Source: Longimicrobiales bacterium (GTDB lineage Bacteria > Gemmatimonadota > Gemmatimonadetes > Longimicrobiales > Gaopeijiaceae). From it: a stretch of DNA of 64,000 nt. A model generated the notes under the pieces. That model was not told the DNA's origin and did not search any database. It saw nothing but the letters and a program-made list of their open reading frames with translations. A program made the position numbers and the translations under genes. The number at the start of each line of letters is the position of its first letter. Position 1 is the stretch's first letter. The stretch is taken from the NCBI GenBank assembly GCA_965198065.1, contig CBDAON010000004.1, positions 160,001 to 224,000 of the forward strand, written 5' to 3'. Positions 39,558 through 48,337 of the stretch are shown here, one piece after another.

Positions 39558-41801
39558 ATGAAGAATCGGGCGGACGGGAAGAGGGTCGATCGGGCCGCCT
39601 GGGCCAGCTGGAAGCCCTTTGGGATCGGCGAGCAGCGACCGAACGCCTACCTCGAGATCGTCCAAGCCTTGCGGGAGAACCGCGACCAGCTCGGGTACGC
39701 GTGGCGGATCCTGAAAGAGGGCACCTGCGACGGCTGCTCGCTAGGGACGATGGGCCTCCGCGACTGGACGCTCGACGAGGCCCACCTCTGCAACATCCGA
39801 CTGCGGCTGCTCAGGCTGAACACGATGCCTGCCCTGGACGCGAGCGTCCTGTCGAACGTGGCGTCCCTGAAGACCAAGAGCGGCTCCGAGCTCCGCGATC
39901 TCGGGCGGCTCCCCTATCCGATGATCCGGCGAAAGGGCGAGCCCGGATTCACGCGCGCGAGCTGGGACGAGGCACTGGACGAGATCGCGAGTCGTATCCG
40001 GGCCTCGTCCCCTGACCGTACGGGCTATTACCTCACGAGCCGGGGCCAGCCCAACGAGAACTACTTCGCGGCGCAGAAGGCCGTCCGGGCCATGGGGGGC
40101 AGCTCGATCGACAACGCGGCGCGCGTGTGCCACTCGCCGAGCACGTTCGGGCTCAAAGGCGCCCTCGGGGTCGCGGCAACGACCTGCTCCTACAGCGACT
40201 GGATCGGTAGCGACCTGGTGGTGTTCGTGGGCTCGAACGTCGCGAACAACCAGCCGGTCGCTATGAAGTACCTCTACAAGGCCAGGAAGGCCGGCACGCG
40301 AGTAGTGATGATCAACACTTACCGCGAGCCGGGGATGGAGCGCTACTGGGTGCCCTCGAACCTCGAGAGCGCGGTGTTCGGCACCCGCATCACGGACAGG
40401 TTCTTCCTCATCAACGTCGGCGGCGACATCGGTTTCCTGAAGGGCGCCTTGAAGCACGTGATCGGGCACGGCTGGCTCGACGATGAGTTCGTGGAGCGCC
40501 ACACGACGGGGTTCGAGGACCTGAGAGCGAACCTCGACGCTCAGTCGTGGGAGAGCCTGGAAGCGCTCGCGGGGACCTCCCGGGACGAGATGGAGGAGTT
40601 CGCGCGCATGCTCGGCGAGGCGAGAACGGCCGTGTTCGTCTGGAGCATGGGGATCACGCAGCACGAGTTCGGTGAGGACAACGTCCGCGCTATCATCAAC
40701 CTCGCGCTCACCAAGGGATTCGTCGGTCGGGACAAGTGTGGGGTGATGCCGATCCGCGGGCACTCGGGCGTGCAGGGTGGTGCCGAGATGGGCGCTTACT
40801 CGACCGTGCTCCCCGGAGGCCTGCCGCTGACGCCAGAGAACGCGGCTCGCTTCAGCGAGCTCTGGGGCTTCGAGGTGAGCCACTCGCGGGGCATGACGGC
40901 CCCCGAGATGATCGACGCCGCTCACCAGGGCCGCCTGGACGTGCTCATCGCATCAGGGGGCAATTTCCTCGAGGTCCTTCCGGAGCCGGACTACTGCGAG
41001 GCGACCCTCGAGAGGATGCCGCTCCGTGTGCACATCGATATCGTCCTGTCGAGTCAAATGCTCGTGGACCCCGGGGAGGTCGTAGTCCTCCTTCCGGCCG
41101 CGACGCGGTACGAGATGCCCGGCGGCGTGACTGAAACGACCACGGAGCGGCGGGTCGTGTTCAGCCCGGAGATCCGGGGGCCCCGGATCGCGGAGGCCCG
41201 TCCCGAATGGGAGATCTTCTGTGACTTGGCCAAGCGGGTGGTTCCCCACCTGAGCGACAAGGTGCACTTCGACGGAACGCCCGCGATTCGTGCGGACATC
41301 GCGCGGGCGATTCCCATCTACGACGGGATCCAGCGGCTGGAGGCCTTCGGTGACCAGTTTCAGTACGGGGGCCCTCACCTGTGCGCGGACTGGAAGTTCC
41401 CCACTCCCGACGGGAAGGCGCGTTTCTCGGTGGTGCCCCTCCCCGAAATCCGGCTCCCCCCGGGCCGCTTCATGGTCTCCACGCGGCGCGGGAAGCAGTT
41501 CAACTCCATGGTCCACGAGCGGGTCGATGCCCTCAACGGCGCGGAGCGGGAGGCCGTACTGGTCAGCCGGGTGGACGCGGACGGACTCGGAGTCGAGGAC
41601 GGCGATCGAGTGATCCTCCGTAGCGACGTCGGGGAGCTTCGCGGGCGCGCGATGATCGCGCCCGTCACGCCGCGTAGCCTCCAGGTCCACTGGCCCGAGG
41701 GGCTCGTGCTGATCGACCGCCGGAAGCGCTCGCCCCAGGCCGGGATCCCCGACTACAACGCCGTCGTGACCCTCGAGAAGGCCGCCAGCCCCCGGGCATG
41801 A
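39558..41801 (+). CDS. FdhF/YdeP-family molybdopterin oxidoreductase
   Basis: CDGC, YYLTSR, DNAARVCHSPS (Cys ligand), WSMGITQH, PIRGHSGVQG, TRRGKQFNSM, PDYNA. Confidence 0.92.
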   Translation: MKNRADGKRVDRAAWASWKPFGIGEQRPNAYLEIVQALRENRDQLGYAWRILKEGTCDGCSLGTMGLRDWTLDEAHLCNIRLRLLRLNTMPALDASVLSNVASLKTKSGSELRDLGRLPYPMIRRKGEPGFTRASWDEALDEIASRIRASSPDRTGYYLTSRGQPNENYFAAQKAVRAMGGSSIDNAARVCHSPSTFGLKGALGVAATTCSYSDWIGSDLVVFVGSNVANNQPVAMKYLYKARKAGTRVVMINTYREPGMERYWVPSNLESAVFGTRITDRFFLINVGGDIGFLKGALKHVIGHGWLDDEFVERHTTGFEDLRANLDAQSWESLEALAGTSRDEMEEFARMLGEARTAVFVWSMGITQHEFGEDNVRAIINLALTKGFVGRDKCGVMPIRGHSGVQGGAEMGAYSTVLPGGLPLTPENAARFSELWGFEVSHSRGMTAPEMIDAAHQGRLDVLIASGGNFLEVLPEPDYCEATLERMPLRVHIDIVLSSQMLVDPGEVVVLLPAATRYEMPGGVTETTTERRVVFSPEIRGPRIAEARPEWEIFCDLAKRVVPHLSDKVHFDGTPAIRADIARAIPIYDGIQRLEAFGDQFQYGGPHLCADWKFPTPDGKARFSVVPLPEIRLPPGRFMVSTRRGKQFNSMVHERVDALNGAEREAVLVSRVDADGLGVEDGDRVILRSDVGELRGRAMIAPVTPRSLQVHWPEGLVLIDRRKRSPQAGIPDYNAVVTLEKAASPRA

Positions 41802-41802
41802 C

Positions 41803-42648
41803 GTGGACCGACGACCCGGAGGCAGGACCCGAACACGCGTGCGAATCGTCGAGCGCGAGGGCGCGCGGTGGCGTTCGGACCACGTCGCCACGGAGGAGCC
41901 GCTCGAGATCCGTCTCGTGGCCGGGGGCACCTCGCGAACCGTGGCGATCACGATGCGCACTCCCGGCGGCGACTTCGAGCTCGCGGCCGGTTTCCTCCGC
42001 GGCGAGAGGGTAATCGATCAGCGCGCCCAGCTCCGTAAGATCCGGTACTGCACGGACCCGGAACTGGACACCGATCAGCGGTACAACGTCGTGAGCGTGG
42101 AGCTGTCCACCCCGTCCCTCCCCGAGCTCGGAAAGCTCGAGCGCCACTTCTACACGACGAGCGCCTGCGGCGTGTGCGGAAAGGCGAGCCTGGAGGCGCT
42201 CGAGATCAGGGGCTGCGGCGCTCCACCGCCCGGGCCCGAGGTTAGCGCCGAGGTCGTCCTGGGCCTCCCGGATCGCCTTCGGGAGGCCCAGGGACTCTTC
42301 GCCTCCACCGGAGGCCTCCACGCGGCCGGGCTCTTCGACGCCGCAGGCGAGCCCGTGTGCGTGCGGGAGGACGTGGGCCGGCACAACGCGGTGGACAAGG
42401 TCGTCGGCTGGGCGCTACTGGAGGACCGGCTGCCTCTCACGGATCATTTGCTCGTGGTGAGCGGCCGGTGCAGCTTCGAGATCATGCAGAAGGGCCTCGT
42501 CGCCGGCGTGCCTCTCGTGTGCGCGGTCTCGGCACCCTCCAGCCTCGCCGTGGCCGTGGCCCGCCAGTTCGGAATGACGCTTGTCGGCTTCCTGCGAGAG
42601 AACCGCTTCAACATCTACGCCGGCCAGGAGCGAATCGTCCCATGGTAA
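41803..42648 (+). CDS. fdhD: Formate dehydrogenase accessory sulfurtransferase
   Basis: EEPLEI, TMRTPG, SACGVCG, TGGLHAAG, REDVGRHNAVDK, SAPSSLA. Confidence 0.96.
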   Translation: MDRRPGGRTRTRVRIVEREGARWRSDHVATEEPLEIRLVAGGTSRTVAITMRTPGGDFELAAGFLRGERVIDQRAQLRKIRYCTDPELDTDQRYNVVSVELSTPSLPELGKLERHFYTTSACGVCGKASLEALEIRGCGAPPPGPEVSAEVVLGLPDRLREAQGLFASTGGLHAAGLFDAAGEPVCVREDVGRHNAVDKVVGWALLEDRLPLTDHLLVVSGRCSFEIMQKGLVAGVPLVCAVSAPSSLAVAVARQFGMTLVGFLRENRFNIYAGQERIVPW

Positions 42649-43916
42649 CCACAGCGGATGGAAACCCGACCCGCGGGCGCTGGCTTCTGGCCGGTGCCGC
42701 CGTGCTCATCCAGCTGGCGCTCGGCGCCGTTTACGCGTGGAGCATCTTCGTCAACCCGTTCATCGAACAAATGGGGTGGTCCCGCACCGAGACCGCGCTC
42801 CCGTTTATCGTCACGATCGGCGTGCTCTTCGTCGGCACCTTCGTGGGCGGCCGCATCCAGGACCGGATCGGACCCAGGCCTGTTGTGCTGGCCGGCGGCA
42901 TCATCTACTCCGTGGGAGTCATGCTAGCGTCGCTCGTCGAGACGCCCGACCAGCTCTGGCTCTTAGTCCTCACGTACGGTGTGATCGCCGGGCTTGGGCT
43001 CGGGGCCGGGTACATCGTGCCGATCGCCATGTTGGTCAAGTGGTTCCCGGACAAACGCGGGCTCATCACCGGCATTGCCGTGGCGGGGTTCGGGGCGGGA
43101 GCGCTGGTCACCGCCCCCGTCGCGAACCGGCTCCTGGTGGCGGAGGACGTATCCCAGGTGTTCCTCCCCCTCGGCCTCGCCTACCTGGTCGCCACCCTTG
43201 CCGGCGGCTCGTGGTTTCGGAACCCGCCGCCGGGGTACGCCGTGCCCGGGTTCCAGCCCGGGGTGAAGAGCGCGCCGGCTACCGCCGACTCGTACACGCT
43301 GTCGGAAGCCCTTCACACGCCGCAGTGGTACGCGATGACGGCCATCCTCGCCCTGAACGTCACGGCGGGGATCGCGCTCATCTCACAGGCGGCGCCCGCG
43401 GCCCAGGCAATCACGGGCACAAGCGCCGCGGGAGCGGCGAGTCTGGTCGGCGTGCTCGCGATCTTCAACGGAGCGGGGCGGGTGTTCTGGGGATGGACGA
43501 GCGACCACGTGGGCCGGATGAAGGCCTTTCTCGCCATCTTCGGCCTGCAGGTGATCTGTTTCGGGGTCCTGCCCAGCGCCGCCCCCATCTGGCTGTTCTT
43601 CCTCCTGAGCTCTGTCGTGTACCTCTGTTACGGGGGGGGCTTCGGGACCATGCCGGCGACCGCGGCCGACTTCTTCGGCCCGAAGAACGCCGGCGCCATC
43701 TACGGCGCCGTGATCGTGGGGTGGAGCGTGGGCGGGGTGCTGGGGCCATTCGCGATCGCCGCTCTCACGGACGCCACCGGAGGCTTCGCCGTTCCCTTCT
43801 ATCTCATCTCCGGGATCATGCTGATATCGATGCTCATCCCGGCCTCTCTGCGAAAACCGGAGGAGCGCACGGGGGCAGTGGAGTCGGGCAGCGGCGGAGG
43901 CGTGAGCGCCCGTTAG
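42642..43916 (+). CDS. OFA-family (oxalate/formate antiporter-like) MFS transporter
   Basis: LGAVYAWSIF, VKWFPDKRGLITG, FNGAGRVFWG..SD, YGGGFG.MPA..AD.FG. Confidence 0.9.
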   Translation: MVTTADGNPTRGRWLLAGAAVLIQLALGAVYAWSIFVNPFIEQMGWSRTETALPFIVTIGVLFVGTFVGGRIQDRIGPRPVVLAGGIIYSVGVMLASLVETPDQLWLLVLTYGVIAGLGLGAGYIVPIAMLVKWFPDKRGLITGIAVAGFGAGALVTAPVANRLLVAEDVSQVFLPLGLAYLVATLAGGSWFRNPPPGYAVPGFQPGVKSAPATADSYTLSEALHTPQWYAMTAILALNVTAGIALISQAAPAAQAITGTSAAGAASLVGVLAIFNGAGRVFWGWTSDHVGRMKAFLAIFGLQVICFGVLPSAAPIWLFFLLSSVVYLCYGGGFGTMPATAADFFGPKNAGAIYGAVIVGWSVGGVLGPFAIAALTDATGGFAVPFYLISGIMLISMLIPASLRKPEERTGAVESGSGGGVSAR

Positions 43917-43982
43917 CTGAGCGGGAGTGCGCCGCCGCGGGGAGGCGTGAGCGCCCGTTCGTGTCGCGTCAGCGTGAGCGCC
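43896..43982 (+). repeat. 19-bp direct repeat (two copies) plus a partial third copy
   Basis: GGAGGCGTGAGCGCCCGTT at 43896 and 43941; GCGTGAGCGCC at 43972. Confidence 0.7.
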
Positions 43983-43984
43983 AT

Positions 43985-45268
43985 TCAGCGCACGCGGTTC
44001 GCGGCGATCCAAACGCCGTGGATGTCTCGGGTGCCGAGGATGTCCTCTCGAGGGTCTCGGTTCAAGACGAGGAAGTCCGCCCAGGCACCAGGCCGAATCG
44101 TGCCCACCACGCCATCCAGCCCGATGCACCGCGCGGCTACGCTTGTGGCCGAGGTCAGCGCCTCCTCCGGCGTGAGCCCCGCGTCCACCATTATCTCGAG
44201 CTCGAGATGCTCGAAGTAGCCCTGGAAGCGACCGGTCGGGCCCGTGTCCGTCCCCATTGCAATCCCCACGCCCGCCCGGTGAAGCTGCACCATGTTTTCC
44301 ATGGCCAGGGGGAACGATTCCCTCCAGTACTCCGCGCTCGCGCTCCGAGATTGCGCCTGCCGCCGGGGCGTGAGGAAGGAGTCGAGGCGCGGAGGCGCCG
44401 ATCTCTCCAAGAAGAAGGGATCGTCGAAGAAGTCGGGTCGCTCGGCGTAGACGAAGGTGGAGAGCTCCCGCGTGAGCGTGGGCACCAGGCACGCGCCGCT
44501 GGCCCGCATCAGATCGATCAGCTCCTCGTCTACGGGGAGGTCCCGAACACTGTGGGCAACGAGCGCGGCACCGGCGTTCACCACGCTCTTCGCATCCTGG
44601 AGCTCCGTGATGTGGACGGCCACGGGGAGGTTCCTCGCATGCGCCGCCGCGATCACCGCCGCGTGCGTTTCCCGGCCACGCGAGCCGGTGACGTGCATCT
44701 TCACCCAATCGACGCCCATGGCGGAAACTCTCGCCACCTCCCCGGCCGCCGCCGCGGGCGAAGGAGGCCTCAGGCTCGGCCCGGAAACGAAGAGGCGAGC
44801 GCGGCGCAGTTGGGGACTCCACCGCTCCTCCCGCATGTGCTCGGCGTCGTCCCCTAGGCTTAGGACCGTCGTGACGCCATAGTGCGCGTAGATCTCGAGC
44901 TGCTCGGGGATCGACGACCGGTCACCCGAATCGTTCACGTGACCATGCGCGTCGATTAGCCCAGGAAGCAGCCAGCGGCCCCCCAGCTCGATGACCTCGG
45001 CATCCGGTGGCACTACGACGGATGCCGAGGGGCCAACCTCCGAGATGATCCCCGCTCGCGACACGACTGTGCCGGCTTCCAGCGCGGGGGCCCCGGCGCC
45101 CGTCCAGATTCGCGCGTTCGTGAAGGCCCGAACGGTGGGACCCAAGCCCGCTGCGGCGCCGGGCCCGGGAGCGCCTTGCGCTCCGTCGCCCACCCGGGGC
45201 TCCGCGCAGCTCGCGAGAGCCAGGGCCAGGGACGCAGGTAGAAGGACCGCTGTGCTCGCGCGCCTCAT
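43985..45268 (-). CDS. Amidohydrolase-family lipoprotein
   Basis: Lipobox LASC; LPGLIDAHGH, VAVH, VAHS, MGTDTG, GTIRPGAWADFLVL. Confidence 0.9.
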   Translation of the reverse strand: MRRASTAVLLPASLALALASCAEPRVGDGAQGAPGPGAAAGLGPTVRAFTNARIWTGAGAPALEAGTVVSRAGIISEVGPSASVVVPPDAEVIELGGRWLLPGLIDAHGHVNDSGDRSSIPEQLEIYAHYGVTTVLSLGDDAEHMREERWSPQLRRARLFVSGPSLRPPSPAAAAGEVARVSAMGVDWVKMHVTGSRGRETHAAVIAAAHARNLPVAVHITELQDAKSVVNAGAALVAHSVRDLPVDEELIDLMRASGACLVPTLTRELSTFVYAERPDFFDDPFFLERSAPPRLDSFLTPRRQAQSRSASAEYWRESFPLAMENMVQLHRAGVGIAMGTDTGPTGRFQGYFEHLELEIMVDAGLTPEEALTSATSVAARCIGLDGVVGTIRPGAWADFLVLNRDPREDILGTRDIHGVWIAANRVR

Positions 45269-45789
45269 GAGGGGTTCTCGACTCCCGCGCTTCGACCGGC
45301 GGGTCCCGACCGTTGGTAACGAGGCGAGTCCGCACGAAGGACGCCGTTGGTCAGGATCCTCGCCCGGAGCCCACCCTTCCCCGCCAGCGCTTTCTCCGCC
45401 ATCGGCGCAAACGCGTGGTCCATCCAGTAGCACGGGCTGCAGTGGGCAACTCCCAGGAACTCCACTCCCTGGACGCTGAAGCGCCGCCCGATGAGCTCGT
45501 TCAGCCGAACGCCCCGGGTCGTGACGTTCCGCCGGAACACCCCCGGGTGGCGGTCCGAAACGTCCAGGGTACGACAAAGCTCCTCGTAAACCTCCAGCTC
45601 GAAAAAAGTGATCTCTCCCGCATAACCCGGCATGTGGCCGTAGAAACGGTCGCCCACCACTCCGCGGCCGGTCACGCAGCGCACCTCCTCGACCTCCACG
45701 GTCGGGTACTCGCCGGGCGGCTGGCCGTGATGCCCGAAGAAGTTGTGTCCCGGGGAGACGTACAGGTGGGCGATCGAGATGTCGTTCAC
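45265..45789 (-). CDS. MOSC-domain (molybdenum cofactor sulfurase C-terminal) protein
   Basis: GRGVVGDRF, FRRNVTTRGVRLNELIG, CSPCYWMD, GGLRARILTNG. Confidence 0.88.
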   Translation of the reverse strand: MNDISIAHLYVSPGHNFFGHHGQPPGEYPTVEVEEVRCVTGRGVVGDRFYGHMPGYAGEITFFELEVYEELCRTLDVSDRHPGVFRRNVTTRGVRLNELIGRRFSVQGVEFLGVAHCSPCYWMDHAFAPMAEKALAGKGGLRARILTNGVLRADSPRYQRSGPAGRSAGVENPS

Positions 45790-45799
45790 TGGCACCTCA

Positions 45800-46260
45800 C
45801 CAGCCGAGTGTCCCTGCCGAGCCCGAAGGACCGGCGCGTCCCGGAATAGTAGCCGCCCCCATGGAGGGGCTGAGGTTCCCCTGGTCCGGGCAGCTGCGAG
45901 CCGAACCGGTAGCTGACCAACACGCCGTGGAGGAGGTGGAGAACCGGAGGGGGCTCCCTGCCCTGGTCGTAGCCTGAGGCGTGTAGACGTAGACCTGCCG
46001 GGGCCATCCCCGCCACTCGCGAGTCGTGGGTCCGGAGCTCGACCGTTCCGTGAGCGACGCGCCGGACACGGAGACTTCCTAGGCCCCGGGCGCCCTGAGC
46101 CTGAGGTAACCGCGCGGTCGGCGTGGACCTCCGGCGGGAGGACAGAGCGAGTGCCGCCGTGTTGGAGGTCGGCCAGCGGTGCCGCCCCACCGGGGCCACA
46201 GGCCGGAACCAGCGCAAGGAAGAGGGGGGTGATGGCCGCCGGGTTACTACGGTTTCGCAC
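45800..46260 (-). pseudogene. Heavily decayed putative esterase (CBM48-like + enterochelin-esterase-like) lipoprotein gene
   Basis: GGAGG RBS and GTG start; fragments in shifting frames: LVPAC lipobox, PEVHADRAVT/RLRAPGA*EVSVSG, VAHGTVELRTHDS, RQVYVYT/GYDQG, PVLHLLHG, SMG. Confidence 0.7.
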
Positions 46261-46369
46261 GTTTACCTCCGTCCGATCGAGCCCGCCGAGGCCGGCAGAG
46301 GCTTCCCGGTGGCGAACCCGCATCGGGACCAAGGTGCCGTCGGAGGTCGCGGACGGCAAGCCGGATCGT

Positions 46370-46398
46370 TTGCGTAGCGGCGCCTTCCGACGTAACAT
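46370..46398 (+). promoter_or_regulatory. Sigma70-type promoter candidate for the NHL-repeat gene
   Basis: TTGCGT-N17-TAACAT. Confidence 0.45.
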
Positions 46399-46510
46399 GC
46401 GTCCACACCCCCCCGGCTCGTGCCGGGCGGGGTCACAAGTGTTCGGGGCTCCGGCCCGGCGCCCAGGTGGCGCGCCGCCGCGAAGCCCCCTTAGGGAAGA
46501 GAGGCCATCG

Positions 46511-47698
46511 ATGAGATCGAAGCGGGGGATGGCCGGCGCCGCCGGTCTGGTCCTGGCGCTTGGCGTGCTGTGGCTCGCTCAGGGACAGCTCCAGAACAGA
46601 GTGGAGGCCCAAAGCGCGCAGGCACCAATGTTCCAGGTGGACCCGTTCTGGCCGAATCCGATGCCGAATGCCTGGCTGCTGGGTAGCTCCATCGGCATAT
46701 GGGTGGACGACTCGGACGTGATCTGGATGGTCCACCGCGGCAACCTCACTGGAGGCGAGGCCGGGGCGGTCGATGGGGGGGCCGAGTGCTGCATCGCGGC
46801 GCCGCCCATCCTGGCGTTCGACCTAGAGGGGAACATTGTCCATGCCTGGGGGCCCGAGGCGGGAGCCATGTACCAGGGGGCCGAGTGGCCCTCCTCGAAC
46901 CACGGGATCTTCGTGGACCACGAGGGCTACGTCTGGGTCGGCGGCAACGGCGGCGGTGATTCGCACGTCCTGAAGCTCACCCAGGAAGGGAACGTGGTGC
47001 AACAGTTCGGCCACGCGAACGCCCGGGCCGACGCGTCGGGCAACATGGTGCGCGGGAGCCACGACATGGAGAGCTTCGGCCGCGTGGCCAAGATCTTCGT
47101 GGACGAGGTGACGAACGAGGTGTACCTCGCGGACGGCTACTTCAACCGGCGCGTGGCGGTCCTGGACCAAGAAACCGGCATGGTGGACCGCTACTGGGGC
47201 GCGTATGGGAACCCGCCCGACGACAATTACGAGCACCCGGAGGGTGGCGCCGTGTCGCAGCAGTTCCGGGGGCCGGTGCACTGCGCCGACGTGTCTGTTG
47301 ACCGGCTCGTCTACGTCTGCGACCGCGGGAGCAGGCGGATCCAGGTCTTCACAACCGCAGGAGAGTACGTGAGCGAGCACTTCTTCGGAAACATCGGTGC
47401 CTCGACCTGGGACGTGGCCTTCTCGCCCGACCCGGAGCAGACCTACATCTATATCCCGGACGGGACGAACCAGAGGGTCCGCGTGGTGCTTCGCGAGACG
47501 ATGCAGGAGCTCACGACCTTCGGCCAGGGGGGACGCTACCCGGGCATGTTCTTCGGAGCTCACAGCATTGCCACGGACTCGTTTGGCAACATCTACACGA
47601 CGGAAACCTACGAGGGTAAGCGCATCCAGAAGTTCGCGTACATGGGTATGCGTGCCGTGAACGCTCGGGTGCAGGGCCCGACGTGGCCCGGGCAGTAA
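46511..47698 (+). CDS. Secreted NHL-repeat beta-propeller (peptidyl-alpha-hydroxyglycine lyase-like)
   Basis: Signal peptide; FQVDPFWP, HGIFVD, YLADGYFNRRV, VHC, YVCDRGSRRIQVF, AHSIATDSFGNIYTTE. Confidence 0.85.
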   Translation: MRSKRGMAGAAGLVLALGVLWLAQGQLQNRVEAQSAQAPMFQVDPFWPNPMPNAWLLGSSIGIWVDDSDVIWMVHRGNLTGGEAGAVDGGAECCIAAPPILAFDLEGNIVHAWGPEAGAMYQGAEWPSSNHGIFVDHEGYVWVGGNGGGDSHVLKLTQEGNVVQQFGHANARADASGNMVRGSHDMESFGRVAKIFVDEVTNEVYLADGYFNRRVAVLDQETGMVDRYWGAYGNPPDDNYEHPEGGAVSQQFRGPVHCADVSVDRLVYVCDRGSRRIQVFTTAGEYVSEHFFGNIGASTWDVAFSPDPEQTYIYIPDGTNQRVRVVLRETMQELTTFGQGGRYPGMFFGAHSIATDSFGNIYTTETYEGKRIQKFAYMGMRAVNARVQGPTWPGQ

Positions 47699-47699
47699 C

Positions 47700-47777
47700 G
47701 ACGAGTCACTAAAGAGACTCGTCCGTCGACCGAAGGGGGGCAGTGAGTGATCCGCGAGAGCGGATCACTCACTGCCC
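47700..47777. terminator. Tandem hairpins between convergent genes (probable bidirectional terminator)
   Basis: GACGAGTC-N8-GACTCGTC (47700-47723) and a perfect 18-bp stem GGGCAGTGAGTGATCCGC-GAGA-GCGGATCACTCACTGCCC (47738-47777). Confidence 0.65.
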
Positions 47778-48187
47778 AGCAGGTCCGCCTCCGAGAAAAA
47801 AACCGCGATCTCCCGAGCGGCGTTCTCCTCGGAATCCGAGGCGTGGATCGCGTTCCTCTCTGTTGAGTTCGCATACAGGGCCCGGACCGTGCCGGGCGCG
47901 GCTTCCGCGGGATCCGTAGCCCCGATCGCCTCGCGAAGCCGTGGAACAGCATCGTCCGCCTCCAGCACCATTGGAAGGACCGGCCCCGAGGTCATGAAGG
48001 AGACCAGGGACGGGAAGAAGGACCGGTCCCGGTGGACTGCGTAGAACGCCTCCGCCTGAAGCCGGTTCAGTCGCGTGAAGCGGCACGCCCGGAGCCGGAA
48101 GCCCCCTGCCTCGAGGTGAGCCAGGATCTTGCCCGCATGGCCCGCCGAAATCGCGTCCGGCTTCAGGATGGCCAGGGTCCTCGTCAT
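47765..48187 (-). CDS. ndk: Nucleoside diphosphate kinase
   Basis: TLAILKPDA, FYAVH, FMTSGP, GATDP, PGTVR, NAIHASDS. Confidence 0.97.
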   Translation of the reverse strand: MTRTLAILKPDAISAGHAGKILAHLEAGGFRLRACRFTRLNRLQAEAFYAVHRDRSFFPSLVSFMTSGPVLPMVLEADDAVPRLREAIGATDPAEAAPGTVRALYANSTERNAIHASDSEENAAREIAVFFSEADLLGSE

Positions 48188-48337
48188 CGTCGGCTCGCTC
48201 CGTGTGGACGTGTACACTGATGGCCTACAACGGATGAACACTCGGCATGACCGGCACCTCGTGCCGTTGTCTCGCGGTGGCCGGGTCGCAGGCTCGGAGC
48301 CGAATGGGTCGCCCGGCTCGACGATCGCCGGTCTCGC

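Noticed and set aside
43896..43982. Possible mini-CRISPR
   Set aside because: Only two full 19-bp repeats with irregular spacing, one inside a CDS, and no cas genes
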